Made by a program: the position numbers and the translations under genes
Assembly (NCBI GenBank): GCA_017499595.2
Contig: CM038999.1
Span: 62,001 to 126,000, forward strand
Length of the DNA: 64,000 bases
Direction of reading: 5' to 3'
Origin: Psilocybe cubensis
Taxonomy: Eukaryota
In this document: in pieces, positions 36,725 through 48,600 of the stretch
Layout of the letters: each line of letters begins with the position of its first letter
Numbering within the stretch: position 1 is the stretch's first letter
Notes under the pieces: model-generated
The model's input: only the letters and a program-made list of their open reading frames with translations
The model's database searches: none
What the model was told of the DNA's origin: nothing

Positions 36725-38107
36725 ATGAAAGATCTACCTACCACTAAAGAAAGGAGTGCGCCTAAATTTAATGAAAGCGAACCCACAGAGTTGTTAAGGT
36801 ACCTAGAGGAGGTAGAAGAGTTGTTCAAAAAGTATGATGTAACTGAAGAAAAAGATAAAAAGAAGACAGCCTGTAAATACGCGCCGGCGGCCACAGAGGC
36901 GGAATGGAAAGCGTTCAGTTCTTATGACAAAGGGACGTGGATAGAATTCAAACGAGACCTGATCGCCAGTTATCCAGAAGTGGTGTTGCTGCATAGAGGT
37001 TCGATTGCAACACTGGATAAATTGTGCAAAACCTACAAAGGAAATAACCAGTTGGAATCCAACGAAAGCACCCGCCTAGCAGCTTTCGTAAGACCTTTTC
37101 GCGCAGAAGCAGTAAAGCTTCTCAAGGATCCTGCGTTGGTATCCAACCGAGACCTGGTGACAAGGTTCATGGGATGTTTAAGTGACGAATTTGCGAGAAG
37201 AGTTAGCATCAAATTAGACTCTGACTCAGACACGAAAAATGCGATTAGAAAACTCACTGCTGCGGCACCCGCTGGGGATGGAATTCCCCTAATCGAAGAA
37301 TCGGCCTTCATCAGATGGGAGGACCGCCACAGCTTGCCTGATGTAATAGCAGCTGCTACCAATATCGCGGAAATGGGGGCTTGGTCACGTACGGGTGAGA
37401 CTCGAGTAGTACCCAACGAACAACGCACATATGGGGCTGATCAGCTAGCTAGCACGAACCGCTCCGAGACCACTGTAAAATTGGAAGAAACGATTGCGCA
37501 ACTCGCGGATACGGTACTGAACAGTGAGAAGCAACGGGCGGCGGAATATAGGCAACTGCAGGATGCACAGATGAGACAGTATCAAGAGTTTCAAAGCTTT
37601 ATGTCATCGTTCAGGCAAAATACGAACATGAACTCATCAGCGCCAGTTGGTAACAACTATGGGGCGCCGAGGGTAAGAACAAATCAGAATAATGGTTGCT
37701 ACTATTGCAAAGAAGAAACACACCATATCTACGAGTGTCCCTACATCAAAAAGCATCTGGAACTTAAGTGGATCATAAAAAATCACGACAACCACATTAG
37801 GTTGCCGGGAGGTTCACAGATTCATACAGATGGCGTGAAATCTCGCAAAGACATAGTTGAACAACAGAACTATAAAACACCAGGGGTGATACCAGCAGCA
37901 AAAATCAGTCAGATGTATAACCACCAAGAACGAGACTCACCAATGGACGAAGCTCACTACAGACTTCACAGGCAGTACGAGCTTTCGAAATCGCTGAGAT
38001 CGTTAACGGAAAACTTTGGTGAAGATGCATTGGAAGCAGTGCTAGAAGAGAGGCGGCGTTATGCGGTTAATGAAGAAGAAGAGCCAGCCCTGGCAAATTT
38101 TCCTTAA
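36725..38107 (+). CDS. gag: Gag, copy 2
   Basis: Same translation as copy 1. Confidence 0.92.
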   Translation: MKDLPTTKERSAPKFNESEPTELLRYLEEVEELFKKYDVTEEKDKKKTACKYAPAATEAEWKAFSSYDKGTWIEFKRDLIASYPEVVLLHRGSIATLDKLCKTYKGNNQLESNESTRLAAFVRPFRAEAVKLLKDPALVSNRDLVTRFMGCLSDEFARRVSIKLDSDSDTKNAIRKLTAAAPAGDGIPLIEESAFIRWEDRHSLPDVIAAATNIAEMGAWSRTGETRVVPNEQRTYGADQLASTNRSETTVKLEETIAQLADTVLNSEKQRAAEYRQLQDAQMRQYQEFQSFMSSFRQNTNMNSSAPVGNNYGAPRVRTNQNNGCYYCKEETHHIYECPYIKKHLELKWIIKNHDNHIRLPGGSQIHTDGVKSRKDIVEQQNYKTPGVIPAAKISQMYNHQERDSPMDEAHYRLHRQYELSKSLRSLTENFGEDALEAVLEERRRYAVNEEEEPALANFP

Positions 38108-38115
38108 GTTCAAGG

Positions 38116-39144
38116 ATGGGGGCCCATCAGCCTAGGCGCACCTCACCTAGGTTCAATAAACAGCCTGAGCAGCCCCTTGAGAACGTAGAAAAAGAGGAGA
38201 ATAAACTAGAACAAGCATCTACACAACCGGTAACATCGACCACCGAGCCAGCCGTCGATAGACAACCAAAAAGAAAAGAATTACCCTACATTGATGTTCC
38301 CCCTCTGAGCGAAGTACCACGGCCTATAGCCGACGCTCGACAGAACTGGGTAACACCGCCAAAAGGAAACGGTAGCCTGTATAATATCAATTCGCCGATA
38401 GAACAACAGGTCAACACGGAAAGCCTACACGAGAAAGCACTAGAGGCCGAGGTCACGCTTACTGTGCGAGAAATCCTCGGCAGTGCACCAGCCATTCGAG
38501 AAAAACTGAAGAAAGCCATTACACCGGTTAGAAAGCCAGTAACACCAATCGAGCCTGTGGCAGCATTCATGCTAGCGGGGGACGACAGCGGAAGCCTGAA
38601 AGCGGAGCACAAGGTGGGCGGGGATCCATACCTACAGCTATACCAGCTAGGGGAAACGGAGTTACCCACCGCCACGTATGCAGGAAAAGAAGCAGAAAAT
38701 CTGCGCGCGCTCTGGCCCAAGGTGAATGGGGTAGAAAGCGTGGAAGCAATTTTAGACAGCGGCTCTCAGATTGTGTCTATGGCAGAAGAAGTGGCGCTGC
38801 GAACAGGATTAAGTTGGGACCCAGACATCGTAATCAGCATGGAAAGTGCGAATAAGTCTATCAATAAGACACTAGGCTTAGCAAGAAACGTACCGTTTAC
38901 GTTTGGAAATGTAACAGTATATTTACAAGTTCATATCATAAGGAATCCAGCATATACAATACTGTTGGGGCGCACATTCGATTCGCTAACTCGCTCAAAT
39001 GTACAGTCTGAAAATGATGGGTCCGCCACAATCAAATTGGAAGACCCAAACACAGGAAGAAAAGTAGTGGTGCCCACCTTTGAAAGAGGGAAGGGTCCGC
39101 ATCAGGTTGCAGAAGAAAGAAAACGCAAAGCTGAGGGTTTTTAA
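38116..39144 (+). CDS. pro: Aspartic protease ORF, copy 2
   Basis: Same translation as copy 1. Confidence 0.9.
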   Translation: MGAHQPRRTSPRFNKQPEQPLENVEKEENKLEQASTQPVTSTTEPAVDRQPKRKELPYIDVPPLSEVPRPIADARQNWVTPPKGNGSLYNINSPIEQQVNTESLHEKALEAEVTLTVREILGSAPAIREKLKKAITPVRKPVTPIEPVAAFMLAGDDSGSLKAEHKVGGDPYLQLYQLGETELPTATYAGKEAENLRALWPKVNGVESVEAILDSGSQIVSMAEEVALRTGLSWDPDIVISMESANKSINKTLGLARNVPFTFGNVTVYLQVHIIRNPAYTILLGRTFDSLTRSNVQSENDGSATIKLEDPNTGRKVVVPTFERGKGPHQVAEERKRKAEGF

Positions 39145-42100
39145 ATCACCTCGAGGATGGTCTAAAACAATCCCTGTTTGGTCAGATTCCAGGGGATAAC
39201 GGAGAGGTGGCGGTCGTCTTTGAACTAGACGAACGAAACCAGGAACTCACAGTACAAGCATACCAGACAAAAACGGGCAGTTTCTCAAAGAATGAGGTGC
39301 GGGACGCATTTCTCTCTCAAGTTCTGGATCACAAACCGATGGATAGCAAGTCAAGAAACAGATTAACGCAGTATTTCCAAGGAAAAACTCACGAAGTATC
39401 AGCGAGGCCCGCTAAACCGCAGCCCACAGTAGTGGAAACGCGACAGACAAGGCTACTGGCCACCTACATGGGTAAAAAGAAATATAAACCCGTGGCACAA
39501 AAAGTCAGACCAATATTTGCGGACCTACCTGAAGAATTTAGGATAGTCCGGGACATTAAAGGCGACCCACTACAAGGGATGCCCCTTCTACCCACGCAAC
39601 CACGGGAGTTTGCGCCAACAGGCCGCTATACCCAGGAACGAAAGGACGCAATGGATAAAGTCCATAAGGAAGGTTTCTTATGGCCTGAAGAACGCAAGCT
39701 AGTACATAATATAATCATGAATCAAGAACAAGCTTTTGCCTGGGACGATACGGAAAGAGGACACTTCAAAGAGGAATACTTTCCATCGATTAAGATACCC
39801 ACGGTAGAACACACACCATGGGTATATAAAAACATACCTATTCCCCATGGCTTGTATGATGAAGTGTGTAAAATCATCAAGTCCAAGCTGGCGTCGGGCG
39901 TATACGAGCTGTCAAACGCATCATATCGCTCAAGATGGTTCACAGTTCTAAAAAAGGACGGCAAGAGTCTTCGGATTGTCCACAGCCTGGAACCACTAAA
40001 CGCTGTCACGATCGCGCACTCGGGAGTGCCACCGGGTACGGAAAGTTTAGCAGCACATTTTGCAGGCCGGGCGTGCGGGGGCATGTTCGACTTATACGTC
40101 GGTTACGATGAGCGAAAAATCGATGAGAAATACCGTGATATGACCACCTTCCAGACACCGTTTGGAGCAATGAGATTGGTTACTTTGCCTATGGGCTGGA
40201 CCAACTCAGTACCCATATTTCACGATGATGTGACTTACATACTGCGAGACGAAATACCACATGTAACAGTACCATACATCGACGACGTAGCAGTCAGAGG
40301 GCCGGAGTCAAGATATGAGCATGAAGGAAGGTATGAAACTATTTCGGAAAATAAGGGGATCCGACGGTTTGTATGGGAGCACTTACAAAACGTGAATAGG
40401 GTCCTCCAGAGAATGAAATATGCTGGGGGTACGTTTTCGGGATATAAATCAGTTCTGTGCGCAGACGAGATCACGGTGGTCGGGCATCGCTGTACCTACG
40501 AAGGGCGTAAACCAATCGAGGAGCGAGTAAAAACCATACTAGACTGGGGAGAATGCGAAGACCTGGGTGATGTACGATCTTTCTTGGGCATCTGCGGCAC
40601 ACTAAGAGCGTATATACCAAATTACACTGAACTAGCGTGGGACCTGCAAAAGCTCACTAAGAAACAAAACCCTTTCAAATGGGGAGATGCACAGCGACTA
40701 AGCATGTCCAAATTAAAAGAGGGAGTACGCAATGCGAAATGTTTGTTGCCAATAGACTACGAAAGCGGCGGCAACGTGGTTCTGGCCGTCGACGCCTCCT
40801 ACATGGCTGTAGGTTTCTACATCTATCAAGAACCTGTAACAGAGAAAGACGCTATTAGATATGTAAAATTCGGTTCAATCACGCTACAGGACCACGAAGC
40901 TAGATACTCACAGCCAAAGCGAGAGCTGCTAGGTCTCAAAAAGGCATTAAAGGAAAACAGAGAGTTGCTAATCGGGTGTCGCAAACTGATCGTGGAAATG
41001 GATGCTAAATTCATAGACGGCATGCTGCGCAATCCGGACATGATGCCTAACGCTACAATCAATCGGTGGATAGAAGAGATTATGTTATATCACTTCACCT
41101 TGCGACATAAAGCAGGGAAGACTTTCGGCCCCGATGGTTTGTCAAGAAGAAAAGCTCAGCCCACAGACGTTCCGCCCCGAGTACCGCCTGAAGAACAGAC
41201 TGAGTGGGAGCTGCCTCCTACAAGCATGTTTGACGAGTTAGAACCAAAACCGTTGCCGGTGCAGGACTTTGCAGCACAAATAGATATGAGGGGGGGATAC
41301 TTACATGAAATAAAACTAAGTCCCACAAAGCCAAGTAATTGCCAAGACAGGCCAAGGAAACTCACGGAGTTCTTAGACAACATTGAAGAACTAGGTGGAA
41401 AACTCCGTGGTGCAGCACGTTCAGTAGAAGATTTCAGACAAGAATTGGAAAGAGCCGACGAGTTTCGCGCTATGGAGCATGCCGCGTTTAACGTATGGTT
41501 GAAAAATCACGCAGGTACCCTAGATAAACCTCAACAGGTGTTGTTCCAACAATTAGTAGCAACCCTAGTTCTGCCGGAAGAGACAGTAGAAACCCAGAAA
41601 TATGACGAGGAGCACAGAACCATGACCGCGGCGCGACAAGAGAACTTGTTGCCGGAAGTAAGGGAATGGTTGGAGAATAAACACAAAATCAGCCGATCAC
41701 TCACAGAACGTGACAAAGTAAAATTTGAACGTTTTGCACGGAGGTTCTTCCTTTTTGAAGGTCGACTGTATCTGCGAAGCTACAGCGCGGAACATCGACT
41801 CGTAGTAAGCAAAGATCGAAGAACTTACATGATGATAGCGGCGCATGACCATTGCGGCCACCGAGGCTTCTATGCCACTAATCAATTATTGGTACAACGG
41901 TTCTGGTGGCCCGAGATGGAGAAAGACATAGCCAGGTATGTCAAAACATGTCATAGGTGTCAGGAAAGACAGCTAACTATGCTGAAAATCCGGCCCACCT
42001 TGACGCATACCCCGTCATTATTCCAAGTCCTGCATACAGACTGCATGAAAATGACTCCACCGTCCAACGGTTGTTCAACCATTGTTCATGGCCGGGACAA

Positions 42101-43040
42101 CATGACCGTCTGGGTAGAAGGCAGAGGGTTGCGACGAGAAACGGGGCGAGCAATCGGGCAATGGTTGTGGGAAGATATTGTGTGTCGCTGGGCGTGTTTA
42201 TCTGTGATCGTCACTGACAACGGGACACCGTTTGTGGCGGCACTTAAGTGGCTAGAGACAAGGTACGGTATTAAGAACATTCGCATATCACCGTATAACT
42301 CTAAAGCCAATGGAAAAATTGAACGCCCACACTGGGACATAAGACAAATGTTGTACAAAGTGTTGGGACCTAAGAACTTACACAAATGGTTCTGGTTCCT
42401 CCATTTTGTCTTTTGGGCGGATAGAGTCACCGTCCGCCGACGTCTGGGTTGCTCACCCTACTTTATGGTGACGGCAGCCCACCCAACGTTGCCCCTAGAT
42501 GTACAGGAAGCAACGTGGTTAGTAAAACCCCCAGAGGGTATGCTGAGTGAGGAGGAACTCATCACCTTCAGAGCGAAGGCTCTAGCAAAACATAAAGCGC
42601 AACTAGAACTGATGAAAGCTAAGATAGACCACGAAAAGTTAGCCAGATTGCGGAAGTACGAAGAGGATAACAAGGCTGTGATTAAGGACTACACCTTTGG
42701 TCCAGGCGACCTAGTGCTCATACGAAACACTGCAATTGAAGGGTCCTTGGATAGAAAGCTGAGAGCTAGATACCTTGGCCCAATGATCGTGGTACGCAGG
42801 ACGCAGGGCGGCTCGTATATCGTAGCTGAACTGTCCGGCGCAGTATGGCAAAATAAGGTTGCTGCATTTAGGGTGGTCCCCTACTACGCAAGGGAGAAGT
42901 TAGTCCTGCCTAAACCAATTGAGGATTTGATTGACGTTTCAGAAGCAGGGCTGTCAAAAATAGAAGCAGCACCAGAAGAACAATTTACGGGTGCACCGGA
43001 CTGGGCACATTTACGACTGGATATGACTGATGATAGTTAG
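39138..43040 (+). CDS. pol: Pol, copy 2
   Basis: As copy 1 except FKEEY vs FKEKY. Confidence 0.96.
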   Translation, partial: FLNHLEDGLKQSLFGQIPGDNGEVAVVFELDERNQELTVQAYQTKTGSFSKNEVRDAFLSQVLDHKPMDSKSRNRLTQYFQGKTHEVSARPAKPQPTVVETRQTRLLATYMGKKKYKPVAQKVRPIFADLPEEFRIVRDIKGDPLQGMPLLPTQPREFAPTGRYTQERKDAMDKVHKEGFLWPEERKLVHNIIMNQEQAFAWDDTERGHFKEEYFPSIKIPTVEHTPWVYKNIPIPHGLYDEVCKIIKSKLASGVYELSNASYRSRWFTVLKKDGKSLRIVHSLEPLNAVTIAHSGVPPGTESLAAHFAGRACGGMFDLYVGYDERKIDEKYRDMTTFQTPFGAMRLVTLPMGWTNSVPIFHDDVTYILRDEIPHVTVPYIDDVAVRGPESRYEHEGRYETISENKGIRRFVWEHLQNVNRVLQRMKYAGGTFSGYKSVLCADEITVVGHRCTYEGRKPIEERVKTILDWGECEDLGDVRSFLGICGTLRAYIPNYTELAWDLQKLTKKQNPFKWGDAQRLSMSKLKEGVRNAKCLLPIDYESGGNVVLAVDASYMAVGFYIYQEPVTEKDAIRYVKFGSITLQDHEARYSQPKRELLGLKKALKENRELLIGCRKLIVEMDAKFIDGMLRNPDMMPNATINRWIEEIMLYHFTLRHKAGKTFGPDGLSRRKAQPTDVPPRVPPEEQTEWELPPTSMFDELEPKPLPVQDFAAQIDMRGGYLHEIKLSPTKPSNCQDRPRKLTEFLDNIEELGGKLRGAARSVEDFRQELERADEFRAMEHAAFNVWLKNHAGTLDKPQQVLFQQLVATLVLPEETVETQKYDEEHRTMTAARQENLLPEVREWLENKHKISRSLTERDKVKFERFARRFFLFEGRLYLRSYSAEHRLVVSKDRRTYMMIAAHDHCGHRGFYATNQLLVQRFWWPEMEKDIARYVKTCHRCQERQLTMLKIRPTLTHTPSLFQVLHTDCMKMTPPSNGCSTIVHGRDNMTVWVEGRGLRRETGRAIGQWLWEDIVCRWACLSVIVTDNGTPFVAALKWLETRYGIKNIRISPYNSKANGKIERPHWDIRQMLYKVLGPKNLHKWFWFLHFVFWADRVTVRRRLGCSPYFMVTAAHPTLPLDVQEATWLVKPPEGMLSEEELITFRAKALAKHKAQLELMKAKIDHEKLARLRKYEEDNKAVIKDYTFGPGDLVLIRNTAIEGSLDRKLRARYLGPMIVVRRTQGGSYIVAELSGAVWQNKVAAFRVVPYYAREKLVLPKPIEDLIDVSEAGLSKIEAAPEEQFTGAPDWAHLRLDMTDDS

Positions 43041-43143
43041 GACTCGGACATGAGCTACGTCGATGGTGGTCCAACTATTATATTTGCAAAAACTCCTACG
43101 TAGGACAATAAGAGAAAACCAAATACAGTGGGTGCAAGAGGAT

Positions 43144-44462
43144 TTAAACTACAGGACCTTTGCCCTTCACGATGCGAAGTTGTTCGGCAATGTGTTGAAG
43201 AGTGGTGTCCAGCTGTTGCTGTGCAAACGCTACGCGAAATTCGTAATCCGCTTGCTCTAAACGGAGTTGTGCGAGGCGTCGCTCTGCAGCCTGCACTTCA
43301 AAGTTGGGAGAGGGGTCTGAGCAGAAATAGATAAGTCTGCAATCGGAACGGAAAGCAACAAGAATAAAAAGACATACCATGGAGGACAGGAGGAATCTCC
43401 TGCCGGGCCTTTTTATTTGCATAGTGACGAGCCTTAGCGGCTTGAGGGGTGGATGGGTCAACACCGGCATCCTCATACGATAATAACATGGTCTCAGCCC
43501 GCTGACAGGCACGTTAGGCAAATCTGAGGGTGAAATAAGATCCGCGAGGCATACCTTGGGGGCTTTTGAGCTACCTTCACTCGGGGCCACATTGCAGGTG
43601 ATGATCTCGACAGAGCTATCATCAACTGACATTGCCTGGAGGTCACGGATAAGCTTAGTATACCATGCGCCAACCGCACCACGACGAACCTCATCGATGT
43701 CATCCTACAGTGTAAGTCAGCACGATAGCACGTTGGAGGGGTACAGGGGCAACCTACTTCAGAGTCGATGATCGCTTTGGACTTTGGGGCCTTACTGCCT
43801 TTGTGTTTCTAAAAAGAAATAAAAACCAAGAGTGTCAGACACTACGACATAAGCGAATATGGAACAAGCCAGACGAACCTTGGATTTGGAGGGTCGCACG
43901 GGTGCCTCTGTAACAGGACCTACAGGGACAACGGGCGGCGCAATGATGGGCGTAGAAACGACCACAGCAGTAGACTCAGTGCTGCCCGCAGAGAAGGCTG
44001 CGGATGGTGGAGCACTGGTCGGTGCTGGTCCCTCGCTTTTAGGTGCATTGCGTGCTTCCTGGATGAAACGACAGATCTCGCGGATCACTTGGAACTCCCG
44101 AGTATGCAAGGAAAGGTTTTGAGGGTGCGCATTGTGGATGTTGTGGTAGGCTTTGCGGATCTCGAAGCACAAGTTGGTGGCACCTTTGTTACGCTCGACC
44201 TTGGAAGCAGTCCATGTGGCTTCCTGAGAGAAGCACACAACAGGTCAGTAAGGAAAACGCAGGGTGGAAGCATAGAACCAGCAACACAACCACTTACCAC
44301 GAAACGCACGGCCGAATTTAACATGGTAATCAGCCCGGGGGCCTGAGCAATGTCCTTGATTACTGCAGTACCAGTCTTCCCACCAGCCACTACCAAGGGT
44401 ACGGCAGCGGCCGACCGAGCATCCTCGACAGAGGGGACCAAGGGTTCAACGGGGACCGACAT
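43144..44462 (-). CDS. Spliced antisense accessory gene, copy 2
   Basis: Copy 1 coordinates +9277; ORF-track fragments identical. Confidence 0.82.
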
Positions 44463-44793
44463 GAAACAGGGTATGCTTTGGGAATCAAGGAAAGGAACAA
44501 GGGGGCACGACGACTCACCAAGAGGCAAGTTGCCCTCCCTTTTATCCTCTACCGCGGCCTTTAGTTGTTCCCAAGGAAAGGCGACGGGAAACCGTTGTGG
44601 GACAAGTTTCAGGAAAGAAAAAGAAGAGGGCAAACGATGACTCACGGAGAGGAGTAGGTCTCAGCCGGATGGCGCAAGACACGCCAAACCACGACCCAAG
44701 AACGACAGACCTCAGAAAAAAAAAAAAAAAAAAGGCAAGCACTGTACGAGATGTGCCTGACTGGGGACAGTCAGTATGCAAGTTGGGGGGGGA

Positions 44794-45608
44794 TGATAAG
44801 GCTCGCAAATGAGCAGGTGTAGAAAACGCGCACTAAGGCAGACGCGCGGCACTCCAGTCTAAAAATAGCGCATACCAACCACATGGGCCGAGCGCACGGC
44901 ATCAGCCGGCGTTGACTTGGCAGACACAGACTCGCGAAATAAGTGTACCGCACCGGGAAAATAAGTTGAGCAGGGACTCGTATCAACACATAAACCCAGA
45001 AAACATGGGCGCACTGTTGCCTGCAACGACCCCCGTATGAAACGAGACATATACGCCAGGCTAGAAGTCTAACCGTGAGGAGAAATGCAGGAAAAGACGA
45101 CGGACTCACGCTCTGCCCTGCCCAAGCGCCTAAACATTAAACCTGTAATTATCACCCGCACTTCCAGCATTGGGTACCGAGCACAAACGTGTGCAATCAC
45201 GCACTGGTGCGGATCAATGTGGGCGCGCACGGACGCGCCTCAAAGCATATAAAAGCCAGCCTAAGAAAGCAGAGGAGGGCAAGTAATCCCCGTGAGAGCT
45301 TCTATTGAGTAAAACGAGCTTGCCTTGCATTGCTTAGAAAAGATTGTGCACAGTTGTTTTGAGCATTGAGCCAGCATTGAACGCTGTTTGATAAAAATTT
45401 GATAAATCGGCATTGCATTGAAACAACTTGGAGCCTATTGCACGAAACTACCTAAATCGTAGATACTCATAATCTAAAAAAATATCGTAAAAACCTAAAT
45501 ATACGCTTATCCCTCCGAACTCAAAACCTCACTCACCAAATAACAAATTTGGTGAAGTTAGTGTGTGAAATCGAGTCATTCCAGACTCGCACTACACGAA
45601 CCACTTCA
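44794..45608 (+). repeat. LTR 3
   Basis: Ends CCACTTCA followed by TSD GCAG. Confidence 0.96.
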
Positions 45609-48600
45609 GCAGGCAATAATGAGTGCAGTGTCTCCGCTATTTGTTTGCGCGTTGACATCAATACGATTACATGCGAGAAGCAAATCAGCCATTGCGTCGC
45701 ATCCATTTAATGTAGCGAGTATCAGAGCAGTGTGTTTCTTGGTTGTTCGCAAATTGCAAGAATAATCCCAAGAGAACGGCACCAGTAGGCCATAGTAGGC
45801 AATAACATGCCCAGGACTAATCCAAGTAAAGCCAATCCGAGAGTCAAACAGTGGGTAATTGGGAGTTTGGAGGACAAATTGATGCAGAGTCTCTATTGGA
45901 CACGAATCCTCGTCACATTCTCGAACATGAGCTGGCCAATTTTGATAAGCATATTCAAGTAGGGGAGCGTCCTTGGATTTTAAAAAGGCTTCAAAGGCAG
46001 GATATGACAGTTTCTCCAGTGTGGTAAAGCGGAAAGCAGTGAGGTATGAAATGCAGCACTTTGCAATAAATGCGTGCGGCAATTGGATGAGCATCTGAGG
46101 CCAATCATTCAAAAACTCATATGCTGTATGATCTATGTCGGAAGTTTAATTCAATGACCCTGCATCAATAACCCAGAGAAGGTGGAGTAACTCACGGACG
46201 AGACGCACAGTTCCACTTCTTGACTGTATTTCGATAATGCCACAGGATGAAGTGGTAAGCATATCTTGCACAGGAATGTCCCTTTTACTAAAAGAATTGC
46301 TTCCCTCCCGAATACCAAGCGCGTGTTGTAGCTCTGAGACGGTCAGTGGGCGACGTGCATAAACTATCCAAGTAATGGCGCGTTTTGCCAATGCTGGGTA
46401 CTCCCCCTTTTGAGAATTAATCCTGTTCATGAGTGCCAGGTACATTGATTGTACATCGTCGGAGAGCTCGTCTAGACTGTTTGATAAGCTGTTCATGGTG
46501 GTGTACCCCTGTAGAGACTGTGACTTGAGTGACGCAACTAGGAACCTGAACAATGTGTCAACAATACAAATAAAATCTCAGGAAATGACACCCACATTCC
46601 GTTGGAGATTGCCAAGATTTTATCGCATATTTCCTCCAAAAACTCTGCATTTTGTCGAACTATCCGGGCAACACTGGCTGTCCGTGGGATGGTTTTATGC
46701 AAAAAGAGCCGTATGTCCCCTTGATTTTGGTCCCCAATAGTCATGTGTATGGTGTCATTCGGAAGGTCAAAAATCTCCAAGCCAATGATTCGTGACGTGA
46801 AAAATAATGAAACGGGAAGTCTCCGGAGAACCGACATGAGCTCAATCTGTGCACAGTCCGGCAACTCGTCCAGAGCATCCAAGACAACGCGAACATTGGT
46901 GAAAGACAAAATCATGTTGGAGAGTATGGTAATTAACTCAGTTTCTGAAGGCTGGCTTCGTCGTATTTGATGTATCTCGTACGAGTTAAGCACATGTTGT
47001 GCAACTGACGAATTTCCTCTGTAATTAGTGAACAGCTGAGCAATGAGAGACCCTAAATATTGTGAAATCGTCCACGTTTCGTTGTGTCGACAGTACAGGA
47101 ATAGAACAGCGTCGGTTCCTAGGAGATAAGGAAGGCTCAGATCCATGAGGTGCTCAATCACAATCGCCCTAAAGATTATGGATAAGAAGTGGATATACAA
47201 CTCATTCAGCTGAACTCACGCAATAATAGTTTTCCCTGAGCCAGCTATAAAATACGTGAGTAAATATATGCAGCAGAGGGGGGAAATGATACTCACGCTT
47301 TCCATCCAACAACAGGATACGTCTTTGTCCGGATATCCACTCCTTGAATTGTGTGGAACACAAAACCCACTCTCCAGTTCCCGGTGTGCGTTTCGAAATG
47401 GTATCGTAGTGAGTTGCATCTGATCGAATGGGCGTTAACCATTCCACGATATGACGATTTTCTTCACAATTATCAGGATCTTGTTCAAATTGTCCCAATA
47501 CTGTGTTAATTACCCAAGTGATTGGAGTAAAGGTCGCCATTCCCCATGTATACGTTCTCTCCCGCAACAATAGTTGGATTATGAAGATTGGTAAATTGAG
47601 CATTGGTGTAAGCACGAAATCCTGAGGTGGTTAAGAATGGTTTCATGAGACTATACCCAATCCATAACAAACGAGTGCAAATCCTTACCTGTCAAAATTG
47701 CTGCATTATTCGCCATGCTCATCATGGCACGCTAGTCATTGCTTGGCTGCAAAAATAAAGGGGGAAGGCGCTGACTCGTTGTGTCTGTTGAGAGAAGTGG
47801 GAAGGGCCCTTCCCAATCTCCATGCTCCATTTAAGCAACCTGTGTCGAGTCGTGTGAGCGTCGTAAAAATAGTCAGAATGCGGTGTCCATAGCCACAATC
47901 ATCTTTTCCACATTTATACATGCAGTGCATCCATCATCAACCCCACCGGCACAGTTTCATCATCGCGGCGGGTTACTGCACCTGAATATTGCGCATATAC
48001 CTCTTCCTCTATACGATTTGTAGCCTAGATTGGACCGAGGGAAGAAGAACACAGGATTTGTTACATTGTCACAGATGTAGACGTAGACGTAGACGTGGAT
48101 GTGAACGCAGCTATATAGGTAGAGAAGGGAGGGATACAGAGCAGACAGGTAACCAATCACAGTATTGCAGCACAGAAAGAAAAGTACAACCGCAGCGAAG
48201 CAAGAAATACAGCAATACAGAAAAGAAAAGCACCGCGGCGAAGAAATGCAATAAAACCAACGGGACAAGATGAGAAAGGCCAGTACGTGTCAGGTCAGGT
48301 CAGGGCAGAATGGAGGAGGAGGAAGAGGTGGTGGTAGTGGGGATAGACAATAACAGCCACAGTGGTGCATACGCCCACTGGTAGAACGGATAGCGCGGGT
48401 GAGACGAGTGGCGAGTGAAGGAGGTGAGGGTGAAAGCAAACGCCGATATTTTCATACTTTGCTCGAAGCAGACGCAAACAGAAGCGAAAACGCACCTGGA
48501 TGAAACCAATTTGCGGTGGTGGCACACGACGCCGGTAGTACTGTCATCCTGCATGTTGAGTGGTAGCAGGCCGCAGTGGTGTATACGCCCATCGCCCAGT

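Larger units (their letters stand above)
26240..45608 (+). mobile_element. Tandem Ty3/Gypsy LTR retrotransposon (three LTRs, two complete internal regions, 9277-bp period)
   Basis: TG...CA LTRs, GCAG TSD at 26236-26239 and 45609-45612, PBS, PPT, and domain order PR-RT-RH-IN. Confidence 0.97.
23212..47725 (-). pseudogene. NACHT-ankyrin NLR-type gene disrupted by a tandem LTR retrotransposon and an apparent frameshift
   Basis: Exons 47725-47689, 47621-47297, 47244-47220, 47168-46596, 46545-46196, then 46132-45609 continuing at 26235-23212. Walker A GKPGSGKT, Walker B VVLDALDE, GMFLVASL, ARRPLTVSELQHAL. Removing the insertion and one GCAG restores GDTALIIAC|KEGRKSII. Confidence 0.9.
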
